DNA of 35,693 nt from positions 1-35,693 of IMG/VR virus record IMGVR_UViG_3300032247_000044. One strand, written 5' to 3'. The notes under the pieces are model-generated. The model was not told the origin of the DNA and ran no database searches. It saw only the letters and a list, made by a program, of their open reading frames with translations. Positions 25,654-34,631 of the stretch are shown here, in pieces. Within the stretch, counting starts at the first letter, position 1. Each line of letters opens with the position of its first letter. Source of the DNA: a virus. Its lineage: Duplodnaviria; Caudoviricetes. The position numbers and the translations under genes are program-made.

Positions 25654-26902
25654 CACTAACGATTGGTCAGTATGGCTATACCTAGCCGGGCGCGGAGCAG
25701 GAAAGACGCGCACAGCTGCAGAATGGATAGTGTGGCAAGCGCTTACACAGAATTGGACACGCTGGGCTGTAATTGCACCGACATTTGGCGATGTGAGAGA
25801 TACATGCGCGGAAGGCGAGAGCGGGCTAATACCAATTCTGCACCAATACGGAGCGCTAGATTATTACAACCGCTCAACAGGAGACATACGACTGACTAAC
25901 GGAAGCCGAATAAAGTTATTCTCGGCTGACGAACCTGACCGATTGCGTGGTCCGCAACATCATGGTGCTTGGTGCGACGAACTCGCGGCGTGGCGCTACC
26001 CGGATACATACGACCAGCTGCAATTCGGATTACGATTGGGCGAACACCCGAAGACGATTATTACGACGACTCCAAGGCCGGTGGCGCTAATCCGTCAGTT
26101 GGTAGCGAAGACAGATGGCTCCGTGAAAGTGATTAGAGGAAGCACATTTGATAACGCTAAAAACCTAGCGCCATCAGCCCTAGTGGAATTACAAGCGCGT
26201 TACAACGGAACAAGACTCGGCCGGCAGGAGTTATACGGCGAGATACTAGACGATGTAGAAGGCGCACTATGGACTAAGGGAGTAATTGACCGGAACAGAA
26301 TTGAACAAGTGCCACCGCTAGCACGCATTACAGTAAGTATTGACCCGGCAGTAACAAACACAAAAGACAGCGACGAGACAGGAATTATGGTCTGCGGAAG
26401 CGACGCAGCTGGCAACGGGTATGTGATTGCTGACTACTCATTTAAGGGTTCACCTTACGAATGGGCGCAAAAGGCGGTAGATGTATTCCGGGAACATAAA
26501 GCAGACTCAATCCTCGTTGAAGTAAATCAGGGAGGCGACATGGTGAGCGCGGTGCTACGACAAGTAGACATGAGCCTACCTATTCAAGAAATTAGGGCGC
26601 ACATCGGAAAGAAGCTGAGAGCGGAACCGGTAGCGGCGATGTACGAACAGGGCAGAATCCACCATGTAGGGCAATTCGACAAACTAGAAGAGCAAATGAC
26701 GACATGGACACCGGAAAGTCCGGACTCACCTGACCGGCTAGACGCGATGGTACAAGCGTTCAGTAGCCTAATTGGAACGAGCAGCGCGGCAACATACTTC
26801 TCTGCGCTCGCTAACTTCTGTACCGGTTGCGGATTACCAATGCCGAAGAGCGCATCGCGTTGTTTTAAGTGCGGAACAGCGATGACCAGTAATTCAGCAT
26901 AA
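25535..26902 (+). CDS. terL: Terminase large subunit
   Basis: AGRGAGKT Walker A, LRGPQ..GAWCDE Walker B, TTTP, RQELYGE, IDPA/DETG/EVNQGG/DRLDA nuclease motifs. Confidence 0.95.
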   Translation: MRVSNSLNTQPELLNSLDNLAARRATWEAILARPEQLPTNTNDWSVWLYLAGRGAGKTRTAAEWIVWQALTQNWTRWAVIAPTFGDVRDTCAEGESGLIPILHQYGALDYYNRSTGDIRLTNGSRIKLFSADEPDRLRGPQHHGAWCDELAAWRYPDTYDQLQFGLRLGEHPKTIITTTPRPVALIRQLVAKTDGSVKVIRGSTFDNAKNLAPSALVELQARYNGTRLGRQELYGEILDDVEGALWTKGVIDRNRIEQVPPLARITVSIDPAVTNTKDSDETGIMVCGSDAAGNGYVIADYSFKGSPYEWAQKAVDVFREHKADSILVEVNQGGDMVSAVLRQVDMSLPIQEIRAHIGKKLRAEPVAAMYEQGRIHHVGQFDKLEEQMTTWTPESPDSPDRLDAMVQAFSSLIGTSSAATYFSALANFCTGCGLPMPKSASRCFKCGTAMTSNSA

Positions 26903-26991
26903 TTGCGCATAACCGAAATAAGTCTGCATAATTCGCGCAGATTGTCGCTAATTGTCAGTAATTCGCATAATTGTGCATAAGGAAAATAAGA
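26888..26991. repeat. Degenerate ~10-bp-period (GCA)TAATT array
   Basis: TAA(TT) cores at 26890, 26900, 26910, 26919, 26929, 26949, 26959, 26968, 26978, 26987, plus a CAGATT variant near 26939. Confidence 0.7.
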
Positions 26992-27030
26992 AAAATATCG
27001 GTATGCTTAGCACCGAACAAAGGAGTCCTA

Positions 27031-27381
27031 GTGGCGGTTGAATACGATACCTCGATAAATCAGGGCGCTGATTGGTACATCAATTTTGTATACCAAGATA
27101 CAAGCACAAATACGCCTATTAACATCACCGGCTACACAGCTGCACTCCAATTACGCTCATTACCAAGCGACAATACGGCAGTATTGAGCCTAACAAGTCC
27201 GTCGGGCGGAATTACTATTACTGGAACGCAAGGCCTCGTAGCGGTACACGCCACAGCTGCACAAACCGGCGCGATTGTGGCTGGATATTATTATTACGAT
27301 TTAGAAATCACTTCCCCGGCAAGCATTGTGACGAGATTGGTACAAGGTCAGATACTCGTTAGCGCTCAGGTAACGCGATGA
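27031..27381 (+). CDS. Ig-like virion adaptor protein (BppU/LtfC-like)
   Basis: AAGGAG RBS before GTG 27031; INQGAD...PINITGYTA..QLR...YYYDLEI...RLVQG.......VTR. Confidence 0.65.
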   Translation: MAVEYDTSINQGADWYINFVYQDTSTNTPINITGYTAALQLRSLPSDNTAVLSLTSPSGGITITGTQGLVAVHATAAQTGAIVAGYYYYDLEITSPASIVTRLVQGQILVSAQVTR

Positions 27382-28376
27382 CGGAGACTGTAATTGTTCA
27401 ACTCGTAGACCCTACGACGCTGGTAGTAACGCCGCAAGAAGCGACGATTGTAGTAAGCAGTCCGGGTCCGCAAGGCGCTAACGGCTCGGCTACTGTATCT
27501 ATTGGAACGACTACTACATTAGCCGGAGGCAGTTCGGCTACAGTAACAAACACCGGCAGCGGTACAGCGGCAATACTTAATTTCGGCATACCGCAGGGCA
27601 TACAAGGCACTACGGGCGCTACGGGTGCAACGGGCGCAACAGGAGCAAAAGGCGACACCGGCACAGCTGCAACAATTACCGCCGGAAGTACGACAACACT
27701 TAGTCCGGGAACATCTGCAACTGTAACAAATAGTGGTACAAGCAGCGCAGCGGTATTTGATTTCGGTATTCCACAGGGCGCTAAAGGCGACACCGGCGCA
27801 ACAGGAGCAGCGGGTACAAACGGAACAAACGGCACAGCTGCAACTATCGCTGTAGGAACAACAACAACATTAACACCGGGTACATCGGCAACAGTAAGCA
27901 ATTCAGGTACCAGCGGAGCGGCTGTATTTAACTTCGGAATCCCGCAGGGTACAGCCGGCACAAATGGCACCAATGGAACTAACGGAACAGCGGCTACTGT
28001 CGCAGTAGGTACTACAACTACCCTAGCGGCCGGCTCATCAGCGACAGTAACGAATAGCGGAACATCGGGCGCGGCCGTATTTAACTTCGGCATACCGCAA
28101 GGAGCGCAAGGAGCAACGGGAGCGACCGGCGCAGCTGGAACTAACGGCACAAATGGTACGGCTGCTACGATTGCAGTAGGTACGACAACTACCGGAGCAG
28201 CGGGAAGCGCAGCCTCAGTAACAAACAGCGGTACATCGAGTGCGGCAACATTTAATTTCACTATTCCGCAAGGAGTAGCGGGTACTAACGGCACGAACGG
28301 AACAAACGGCACTAACGGAACAAACGCAGTCTACGATACAGACCAAGCGGTTATCTCAATGCAAGTATTCGGATAG
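27378..28376 (+). CDS. Collagen-like repeat fibre protein
   Basis: Five copies of AT(V/I)xxGxTTT...ATVTNSGTS.AAVFNFGIPQG separated by Gly-X-Y tracts. Confidence 0.8.
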   Translation: MTETVIVQLVDPTTLVVTPQEATIVVSSPGPQGANGSATVSIGTTTTLAGGSSATVTNTGSGTAAILNFGIPQGIQGTTGATGATGATGAKGDTGTAATITAGSTTTLSPGTSATVTNSGTSSAAVFDFGIPQGAKGDTGATGAAGTNGTNGTAATIAVGTTTTLTPGTSATVSNSGTSGAAVFNFGIPQGTAGTNGTNGTNGTAATVAVGTTTTLAAGSSATVTNSGTSGAAVFNFGIPQGAQGATGATGAAGTNGTNGTAATIAVGTTTTGAAGSAASVTNSGTSSAATFNFTIPQGVAGTNGTNGTNGTNGTNAVYDTDQAVISMQVFG

Positions 28377-28384
28377 GAAGATAA

Positions 28385-28747
28385 ATGGCTACTTATACAA
28401 AGGTACTTCTCTCAGGCTCAACGCAAGGTCAGCCGATTACAGTAGTAGCAACGGCTTCTACCGGTACGACTATTCACGCTACCGGCACATCATCAGCAAC
28501 TATTGACGAAGTATGGCTATACGCTAACAACACTTCTACATCGCCGGTCTTGCTTACAGTTCAATTCGGCGGTACTGCATCTCCTCAAAACGCCAAACCT
28601 ATTACGCTCGCTCCTCAATCGGGCGATGTATTGGTAGTAGCGGGATTACCATTAACCGGAACCGGAGCAGCTGCAAATACAATTTACGCATTCGCTGGAA
28701 CTGCCTCAGTAATTACCATTTCGGGCTATGTGAATCGAATAGCGTAA
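28385..28747 (+). CDS. Small beta-rich virion protein
   Basis: DEVWLYANN...LTVQFGG...YAFA....VITISGYVNRI. Confidence 0.65.
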   Translation: MATYTKVLLSGSTQGQPITVVATASTGTTIHATGTSSATIDEVWLYANNTSTSPVLLTVQFGGTASPQNAKPITLAPQSGDVLVVAGLPLTGTGAAANTIYAFAGTASVITISGYVNRIA

Positions 28748-29695
28748 ATGGCTAATCCAAACCGAAGAAGCCAAGCCGGTTCTCCCGTCTCAACGGGAAT
28801 GCAAAGTGCGGCGGTCACTCCATTCGCAAATACATCATGGATATTGCCTTATGGATTACAGCTGCGTCAAACAATTAACGCCGGAACAACATCAGTAACT
28901 ATCCCTGCGGGAATTACTTGGGTCTATGCCATTTGCGTAGGCGGCGGAGGAGGCGGCGGAGCGGGTTGCGCTGGCGGAGCGGGTGGCCTCGCATGGGGTT
29001 GGACTCTCGCTAACAGCACTTGCATAGTGGGAACGGGTGGCGCTGCCTCAACAACCGGCAACTACACACGATACGGCCACATAGTTGCAGGAGGCGGAGG
29101 CGCTTCTAGCGGAGTAGGCGGCAATACGGGCGGAGCTGGATTTCTCGGTGGTGGCGGCGGCGGTTCTACGGGCGGTACTGGTGGTGCTGGCTCACTTAAC
29201 TATTACGGAATACCGGGAGGATTTGGTATTACTGGAAATGTGGCCGGAACAACTGGCGCTGGCGGCGGAGGAGGCGGCGGAATATTGGTAACAAGCGGCG
29301 CAGATAGCGTGGCGTCAAATGGGGGTAACGGAATTTCAGGCGGCGGAGGTGGCTCAATAAACCGAACTACTATTCTCACCGGTTCTACTACTGGCGGTAA
29401 CGGCGGGTCAGGAATAATTGGTGGAGGTGGCGGCGCTGTGGGTACTACCTATACCGGTATTCGCATAGGCGGTACTGGCGGCAACGGAATCAATATCCTT
29501 ACGGGCGTTACAACTACTGGTGGTGCCGGAACTACCGGAACAAACGCAAATGGCGCTGGTGGTGGCGGAGGAGGCGTAGCGGGCAATGGTTCAGCTGCAG
29601 TAACAACTACAGGAGGTACTGGCGGCCTCGGTGGAGGTGGTGGCGGCGGCAATAGCGGAACTGGCGGCGCTGGAATCCTCTACATCTTTTACTAG
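28748..29695 (+). CDS. Glycine-rich virion/adhesin-like protein (paralog 3)
   Basis: PYGLQLRQTI..GTTSVTIPAGITWVYAICVGGGG...GILYIFY. Confidence 0.75.
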   Translation: MANPNRRSQAGSPVSTGMQSAAVTPFANTSWILPYGLQLRQTINAGTTSVTIPAGITWVYAICVGGGGGGGAGCAGGAGGLAWGWTLANSTCIVGTGGAASTTGNYTRYGHIVAGGGGASSGVGGNTGGAGFLGGGGGGSTGGTGGAGSLNYYGIPGGFGITGNVAGTTGAGGGGGGGILVTSGADSVASNGGNGISGGGGGSINRTTILTGSTTGGNGGSGIIGGGGGAVGTTYTGIRIGGTGGNGINILTGVTTTGGAGTTGTNANGAGGGGGGVAGNGSAAVTTTGGTGGLGGGGGGGNSGTGGAGILYIFY

Positions 29696-29704
29696 GAGCA
29701 AACA

Positions 29705-30775
29705 ATGACAGTATCTATTTACAGCAATTCATCATTTGCCGATGTACCTTATGGATTAAAGCTGCAACAAACCTTTAGCACTCCGGGAACATTCTCGGTC
29801 ACCATTCCAACTGGAATCCAGCGAGTCTATGCAGTCTGTATTGGCGGAGGCGGTGCCGGTGCTTCTATTTCTGCGCCAATGACCATTACAAACGCAAGCG
29901 GCAGCGGTACAACTGTTACCTATACGGCTAACAACACGCTCGTTGCAGGGCAGTATGTAAATATTTCAGGAGTAACTCCTTCTGCTTACAATATAGTTAC
30001 ACAACAAGTTCTTTCTGCTGGTCTTTCTTCTACTCAATTCGCGGTTACAAATACTGCAACGGGAGTTTATGTATCAGGCGGCACTGCCAATTTTGGATAC
30101 TTTGCGGGCGGCGGTGGGGCTGGTGGCTATTCTGCGGGTTGGACTTGGGCTACAAATACAGTCACAGTCGGAACTGGTGCTACCGGTTCAAGCACGAACG
30201 GCGCGGGCGCTCTAGGAACAGGCTCGCAATACGGACTGGTCTTTGCCGGCGGTGGTTCGGGTGCAACTATTACCGGTGGTGGCGGAGCTGCCGGAGCAAC
30301 AACTAACACAGCACCTTCTACCAGCGCAACTGCAAGTTATACAGGAGCGCCGGCCGGCGGTAGCGGTTTGGCTGCTTATGCAAGCGCCGGAGGTAATGGA
30401 AACGCGGCCAGTCTTGCCGGAGTTTCAACGGGCGGCGGTGGTCCTTCTTTTACTTCTATCAATAGTGGAACTCTAACTGGTTACGCTGGCGCTCGCGGTC
30501 TAATCTGCGGTGGCGGTAGTGCCACAATGACTTCTGGACTTGCAACAGGTGGTGCAGGTGGCACAGGCGATTTCTATGCTGGCGGTACTGGCTCAACTGG
30601 AACTGGATTTACATTCGGAGCAGGTGGCGGTGGCGCAGGATATACAAGCGCAGGTTCTAACGCTTCAGGAAATAACGGAGGCAACGGCGGTTCGGGTGGC
30701 GGCGGTGGAGGCGGTGCAAATAACGGCGGAACAGCTGGCAGCGGTGGTAACGGCGTCGTTTATCTTTATTATTAA
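29705..30775 (+). CDS. Glycine-rich virion/adhesin-like protein (paralog 4) with inserted beta domain
   Basis: PYGLKLQQT...VTIPTGIQRVYAVCIGGGG...GNGVVYLYY. Confidence 0.75.
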   Translation: MTVSIYSNSSFADVPYGLKLQQTFSTPGTFSVTIPTGIQRVYAVCIGGGGAGASISAPMTITNASGSGTTVTYTANNTLVAGQYVNISGVTPSAYNIVTQQVLSAGLSSTQFAVTNTATGVYVSGGTANFGYFAGGGGAGGYSAGWTWATNTVTVGTGATGSSTNGAGALGTGSQYGLVFAGGGSGATITGGGGAAGATTNTAPSTSATASYTGAPAGGSGLAAYASAGGNGNAASLAGVSTGGGGPSFTSINSGTLTGYAGARGLICGGGSATMTSGLATGGAGGTGDFYAGGTGSTGTGFTFGAGGGGAGYTSAGSNASGNNGGNGGSGGGGGGGANNGGTAGSGGNGVVYLYY

Positions 30776-30833
30776 ATCAACTGATACCATTACCAAGCCT
30801 GATTAACAAGGGGCATTAACTAGGGAGATTCAC

Positions 30834-32708
30834 ATGGGTCTACGCGACCGAATCGCAAAAACAATAGCAGGTACAAATGTAGAGAAGGCTCCAAATCTTC
30901 CAGCCGGTTCGGTAACGATGACCGAACAACAGATGCGTAACGCAGTACCGGGCGCTATTGGCCAAAACTACGGAACAGTAGAACCTCTCCCACGAAATCC
31001 CCTATTAGCAGGAGTTCCATTCGGTCCCGGAATCCCAATTACTCCCGGAGCGATTAACCCGGTAGACCCATTAACCGGAAGACCAGCACCGCGCCGCTAC
31101 GAATACCAAGTAGCGCAAAACATCAACATCACCGAGACAAAATTAGTTCCATTTAAGACTCTACGCGCCGCAGCTGACCAAATCGATATCCTGCGACGCT
31201 GCGTAGAAGTAATTAAAGGCAAGATTAGCGGCCTAGAGTGGGATATTGTTCTAGGGCAAGACGCTAGCGAAAAAATTATGAGCGACAGCGGCGGAGACCA
31301 TGTCCGCGCAATGGTAAAAGCACGCGAAGATTTTAACGACGACATTTACCGGCTCAAAACATTTTGGGAAAACCCGGACAAGAGCAACGGCCTCACATTC
31401 ACAGATTGGCTCAACATCGCGCTAGAGGAATTGCTCGTAATTGACGCGCTTGCAATTTGGCCACAGAAAACTGTAGGCGGAGACCTATACGGCTTGCAGA
31501 TTCTAGACGGAGCAACGATTAAGCCAATGCTCGACGACCGGGGAATGCGGCCGCAAGCACCGCAAGCTGCATACCAGCAAATCCTATACGGCTTCCCACG
31601 CGCAGAATTCAGCGCTAATCAGGATGACCCTAAAGCTGACGGCGAATTCACATCTGACGACCTTGCATACCTAGTTAAAAACCGCCGGACAACAAGCGTC
31701 TACGGCTATTCACCGGTAGAGCGCTCATTACCACTAGCGGACATTTACCTACGCAGACAACAATGGATTAGAGCGGAATACACCGACGGAGTATTGCCGG
31801 AACTAATGTTCTCAACTGACGCAACATGGGGAACAAACCCTGACCTATTGCGGGCATGGGAAAATATCCTTAACGACGACTTAGCCGGACAAACAGAGCA
31901 ACGCAAACGCGCACGCTTATTGCCAACGGGCATTACACCAATTACAAACGACTCATACGGCGAGAAGTTTAAAGATACGCTCGACGATTTCCTTATTGCG
32001 TCAATCTGCGGTCATTTCGGCGTACAACCTACTGAAATTGGATACTCTCCAAAAGGCGGAGGCCTCGGCGGTAAAGGATTTGAAGAAGGAAAGCAGACAA
32101 GCGCGGAAGTAGTCGGTATTCAACCGATTGTAAATTGGCTTAACAAGATGATTAGTAACCTTTCATACGCTTACCTCGGAATGCCACGCGAATTGGAATT
32201 CAAGTTGATGGTAAGCAAGAGTCAAGAAGACGAAGCGAGCGCACGCAAGGCGCAGATTGAAGTTACCAGCGCAGGAAAGACTGTAAACGAGCGCCGGAGC
32301 GAATTGGGATTACCACTACTCGATACGCCGCAAGCAGACATGCCAATTCTCGTAAGCGGAAGCAGCGTGTACCTGTTCTCACCTGACGGAATGATTAACC
32401 CGGCAACGCAGGGAAGCGCACCGCAATTAGAAGAAGACGGGGAGACGGCAATACCCGGAACCGAAGCACCGAACACAGCTGCACCGGAAGCCAAGCCAAA
32501 AGAAGGAGAAATCCCGGAAGGGAAAGACACCTCTAACGAAGTAGCGGCCGAAGTCAAGGCATTTATGAAATGGGCGGCTAAAGGTCAGCGCAAGCGGGAA
32601 TTCGAATTCAAGATGATTGACCCTATTGTGGGGGAAGCGCTTAACCGGTGCGCAGTAGAAGGCGACCTCGATACGGCTAGGTCATTGGCAAAGGCTTACC
32701 TAGCATGA
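30834..32708 (+). CDS. Portal protein
   Basis: GGGAG RBS; LDGATIKP..D, YGYSPVE, ICGHFGVQPTEIG, TVNERRSELGLP portal motifs. Confidence 0.9.
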   Translation: MGLRDRIAKTIAGTNVEKAPNLPAGSVTMTEQQMRNAVPGAIGQNYGTVEPLPRNPLLAGVPFGPGIPITPGAINPVDPLTGRPAPRRYEYQVAQNINITETKLVPFKTLRAAADQIDILRRCVEVIKGKISGLEWDIVLGQDASEKIMSDSGGDHVRAMVKAREDFNDDIYRLKTFWENPDKSNGLTFTDWLNIALEELLVIDALAIWPQKTVGGDLYGLQILDGATIKPMLDDRGMRPQAPQAAYQQILYGFPRAEFSANQDDPKADGEFTSDDLAYLVKNRRTTSVYGYSPVERSLPLADIYLRRQQWIRAEYTDGVLPELMFSTDATWGTNPDLLRAWENILNDDLAGQTEQRKRARLLPTGITPITNDSYGEKFKDTLDDFLIASICGHFGVQPTEIGYSPKGGGLGGKGFEEGKQTSAEVVGIQPIVNWLNKMISNLSYAYLGMPRELEFKLMVSKSQEDEASARKAQIEVTSAGKTVNERRSELGLPLLDTPQADMPILVSGSSVYLFSPDGMINPATQGSAPQLEEDGETAIPGTEAPNTAAPEAKPKEGEIPEGKDTSNEVAAEVKAFMKWAAKGQRKREFEFKMIDPIVGEALNRCAVEGDLDTARSLAKAYLA

Positions 32709-34201
32709 ATTGGGGCGCACACAAAACTGATGTGCGCATAGCGGCTAAGAATTCAGTATCCGTCAGAGCGGCATTACGAACAAGTATCAACGCGGCTAAC
32801 ATTTGGGCTGCGTACCAAGATACTCACCCATACGCTAGCGATAACATTACGCAAGACCGCGCACGCGCTCGCGCTTGGGCGATAATGCATGTAAAGATAA
32901 ATACGGAACCGATTGAGGCTGCGCTAAAGAAGGTCTATACCGACGGCTTCCTGATTGGACTAGACGCAAGCAAAGAAGCGATTGGTCAAGCAGTACGGGA
33001 GCAGCAAGCTGGCAACAAGGCAGCCAAGAAGCCGCCGGCAATTAAAGATGAATTACTCAACATGGCTAAAGGTGACGGCTCAGATTATGTTGATTGGGCT
33101 AACTGGAAGCCGGGCAACAGAGCAGCTGCACTCTTATACCGGCCTACAGGGGCGTTTAAGACGATATTGGATAACGCGGGGATAGTTAGCAAGACGATTG
33201 CGAAAGCCGGTTACGACCGGATTGGAACGGCGCTAGCGGACTCTGTAGCGGCGGGGTTCAGCCCGGCAAGAGCTGCAAAAGTGCTTACCGAGAAAATAGG
33301 CGACCCGGCAAGAGCGCTGACTATCGCTATTACCGAACAAAACCGCGCCATGAGCCTAGCGAGCATGGAGAATTACGCTAACTACGGCGTAGAAAAAGTC
33401 GAATGGAGCGGGGCTAACCCATGCGACATCTGCGCTCCAAACGAAGGGCAAGTGGTCGAAACGGGGCAAGAATTTAACAGCGGAGATACCGAACCGCCGG
33501 TACACCCAAACTGCCGCTGTGCAATTCTGCCTGTAATTGACGAAGCGTTCTACGCGGAGCCAAGTGCTACTGATGGGTTAGACCTATTGCCAAACGAAGA
33601 AGCTGCACCGGTTGAAACAGCCGTACAAAAGGAAATGCCTCCATCTAACCTGTACGACGGAACTACAGCCGCTAAAGATTTAAAGGGTTCACCAATCACC
33701 GCAAAAGAAATAAACGCGGTTTACTCATCTTACAAACCTACAGAGCAAGCAAAAGAAGCATTTGCAGACTACCAAGAATCGGGATTCTTCAAACTCAATA
33801 CAGCATTAAGAGCCGGCGAAAATCCTCCGCCATTAGCCCTAGAAATGGATAAAGCATTTGCCGACGCTCCAAAAGTACCCGGATTTGCACGCGAGTATTA
33901 CCGCACCTCAGATTCCAGCGTATTTGCAGACATTAAAAAAGGACAATTATTTGTAGACAAAGGCTACACCTCAACAAGTATTAGTAAATCCGAAGCGCTA
34001 ACATTCGGAGAAGATGCAATGTATGACGCTAAGATTCGAATTATAGATGTGGGTAATCAACCTAAAATTTGGATAGACGCGGTAACGGGAGCAGAGGGGC
34101 GCTCTCAGCAAGAAGTAGTATTTCAACGGGGTACGCCATTTACTTATGTAGGCGTAGATAATCAAGGGTTCCATGTTTTAATCACCGGAAGAAGGAATTA
34201 A
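32705..34201 (+). CDS. MuF/gp7-like minor head protein fused to a C-terminal ADP-ribosyltransferase domain
   Basis: RALTIAITE..RA, CDIC, PPVHPNCRC (MuF); then Y...GFFKLNTALR, YYR, GYTSTS, QQEVVF.RG (R-S-E ART). Confidence 0.85.
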   Translation: MNWGAHKTDVRIAAKNSVSVRAALRTSINAANIWAAYQDTHPYASDNITQDRARARAWAIMHVKINTEPIEAALKKVYTDGFLIGLDASKEAIGQAVREQQAGNKAAKKPPAIKDELLNMAKGDGSDYVDWANWKPGNRAAALLYRPTGAFKTILDNAGIVSKTIAKAGYDRIGTALADSVAAGFSPARAAKVLTEKIGDPARALTIAITEQNRAMSLASMENYANYGVEKVEWSGANPCDICAPNEGQVVETGQEFNSGDTEPPVHPNCRCAILPVIDEAFYAEPSATDGLDLLPNEEAAPVETAVQKEMPPSNLYDGTTAAKDLKGSPITAKEINAVYSSYKPTEQAKEAFADYQESGFFKLNTALRAGENPPPLALEMDKAFADAPKVPGFAREYYRTSDSSVFADIKKGQLFVDKGYTSTSISKSEALTFGEDAMYDAKIRIIDVGNQPKIWIDAVTGAEGRSQQEVVFQRGTPFTYVGVDNQGFHVLITGRRN

Positions 34202-34330
34202 ATGCCAAGCCAAGCTGCTAAATACGGGTGGAAAAAAGGCGATTTGCAAATGATTGACGCACCGGAACCGACCCCGCACGAAAAGCCGGAGACTCAGGGT
34301 ACAATTACTGAACACACAGAGGAGAAATAA
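34202..34330 (+). CDS. 42-aa peptide after MuF-ART (not in ORF track)
   Basis: AAGGA RBS; MPSQAAKYGWKKGDLQMIDAPEPTPHEKPETQGTITEHTEEK; abuts both neighbours exactly. Confidence 0.6.
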   Translation: MPSQAAKYGWKKGDLQMIDAPEPTPHEKPETQGTITEHTEEK

Positions 34331-34612
34331 ATGGCGCTAGTCCACTCAAATAACACAGTACAGACAACTGCAACCCTTATTGCAGCAATTCCAGTAGGCG
34401 TCGGTCCATCACGCGCCGTACAGATTTACAATGGACACTCTGCGGCTATTTTTATTGGCGATACATCTATTGCAACAAGCGGAGCAACGATTGGTCGCAC
34501 GATTGCCGCTGGCGCTTCATTCCAATTATGGTGCAATGGCGGAGACAAGATTTACGCAATCGCAGCTGCACAAACAGCGGCCGGCGCAGTAGTAGTTACA
34601 TACTCAGCATAA
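34331..34612 (+). CDS. Small beta-rich virion (head-associated) protein
   Basis: GAGGAG RBS; VQIYN....IFIG...G..I.AG......GDKIYAI jelly-roll-like pattern. Confidence 0.6.
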   Translation: MALVHSNNTVQTTATLIAAIPVGVGPSRAVQIYNGHSAAIFIGDTSIATSGATIGRTIAAGASFQLWCNGGDKIYAIAAAQTAAGAVVVTYSA

Positions 34613-34631
34613 AAAAACTAAGGAGCAAGCG

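Noticed and set aside
27398-28312. 304-aa minus-strand ORF
   Set aside because: Antisense shadow of the collagen-like repeat gene; Pro/Val/Ala pattern follows from the + strand codons
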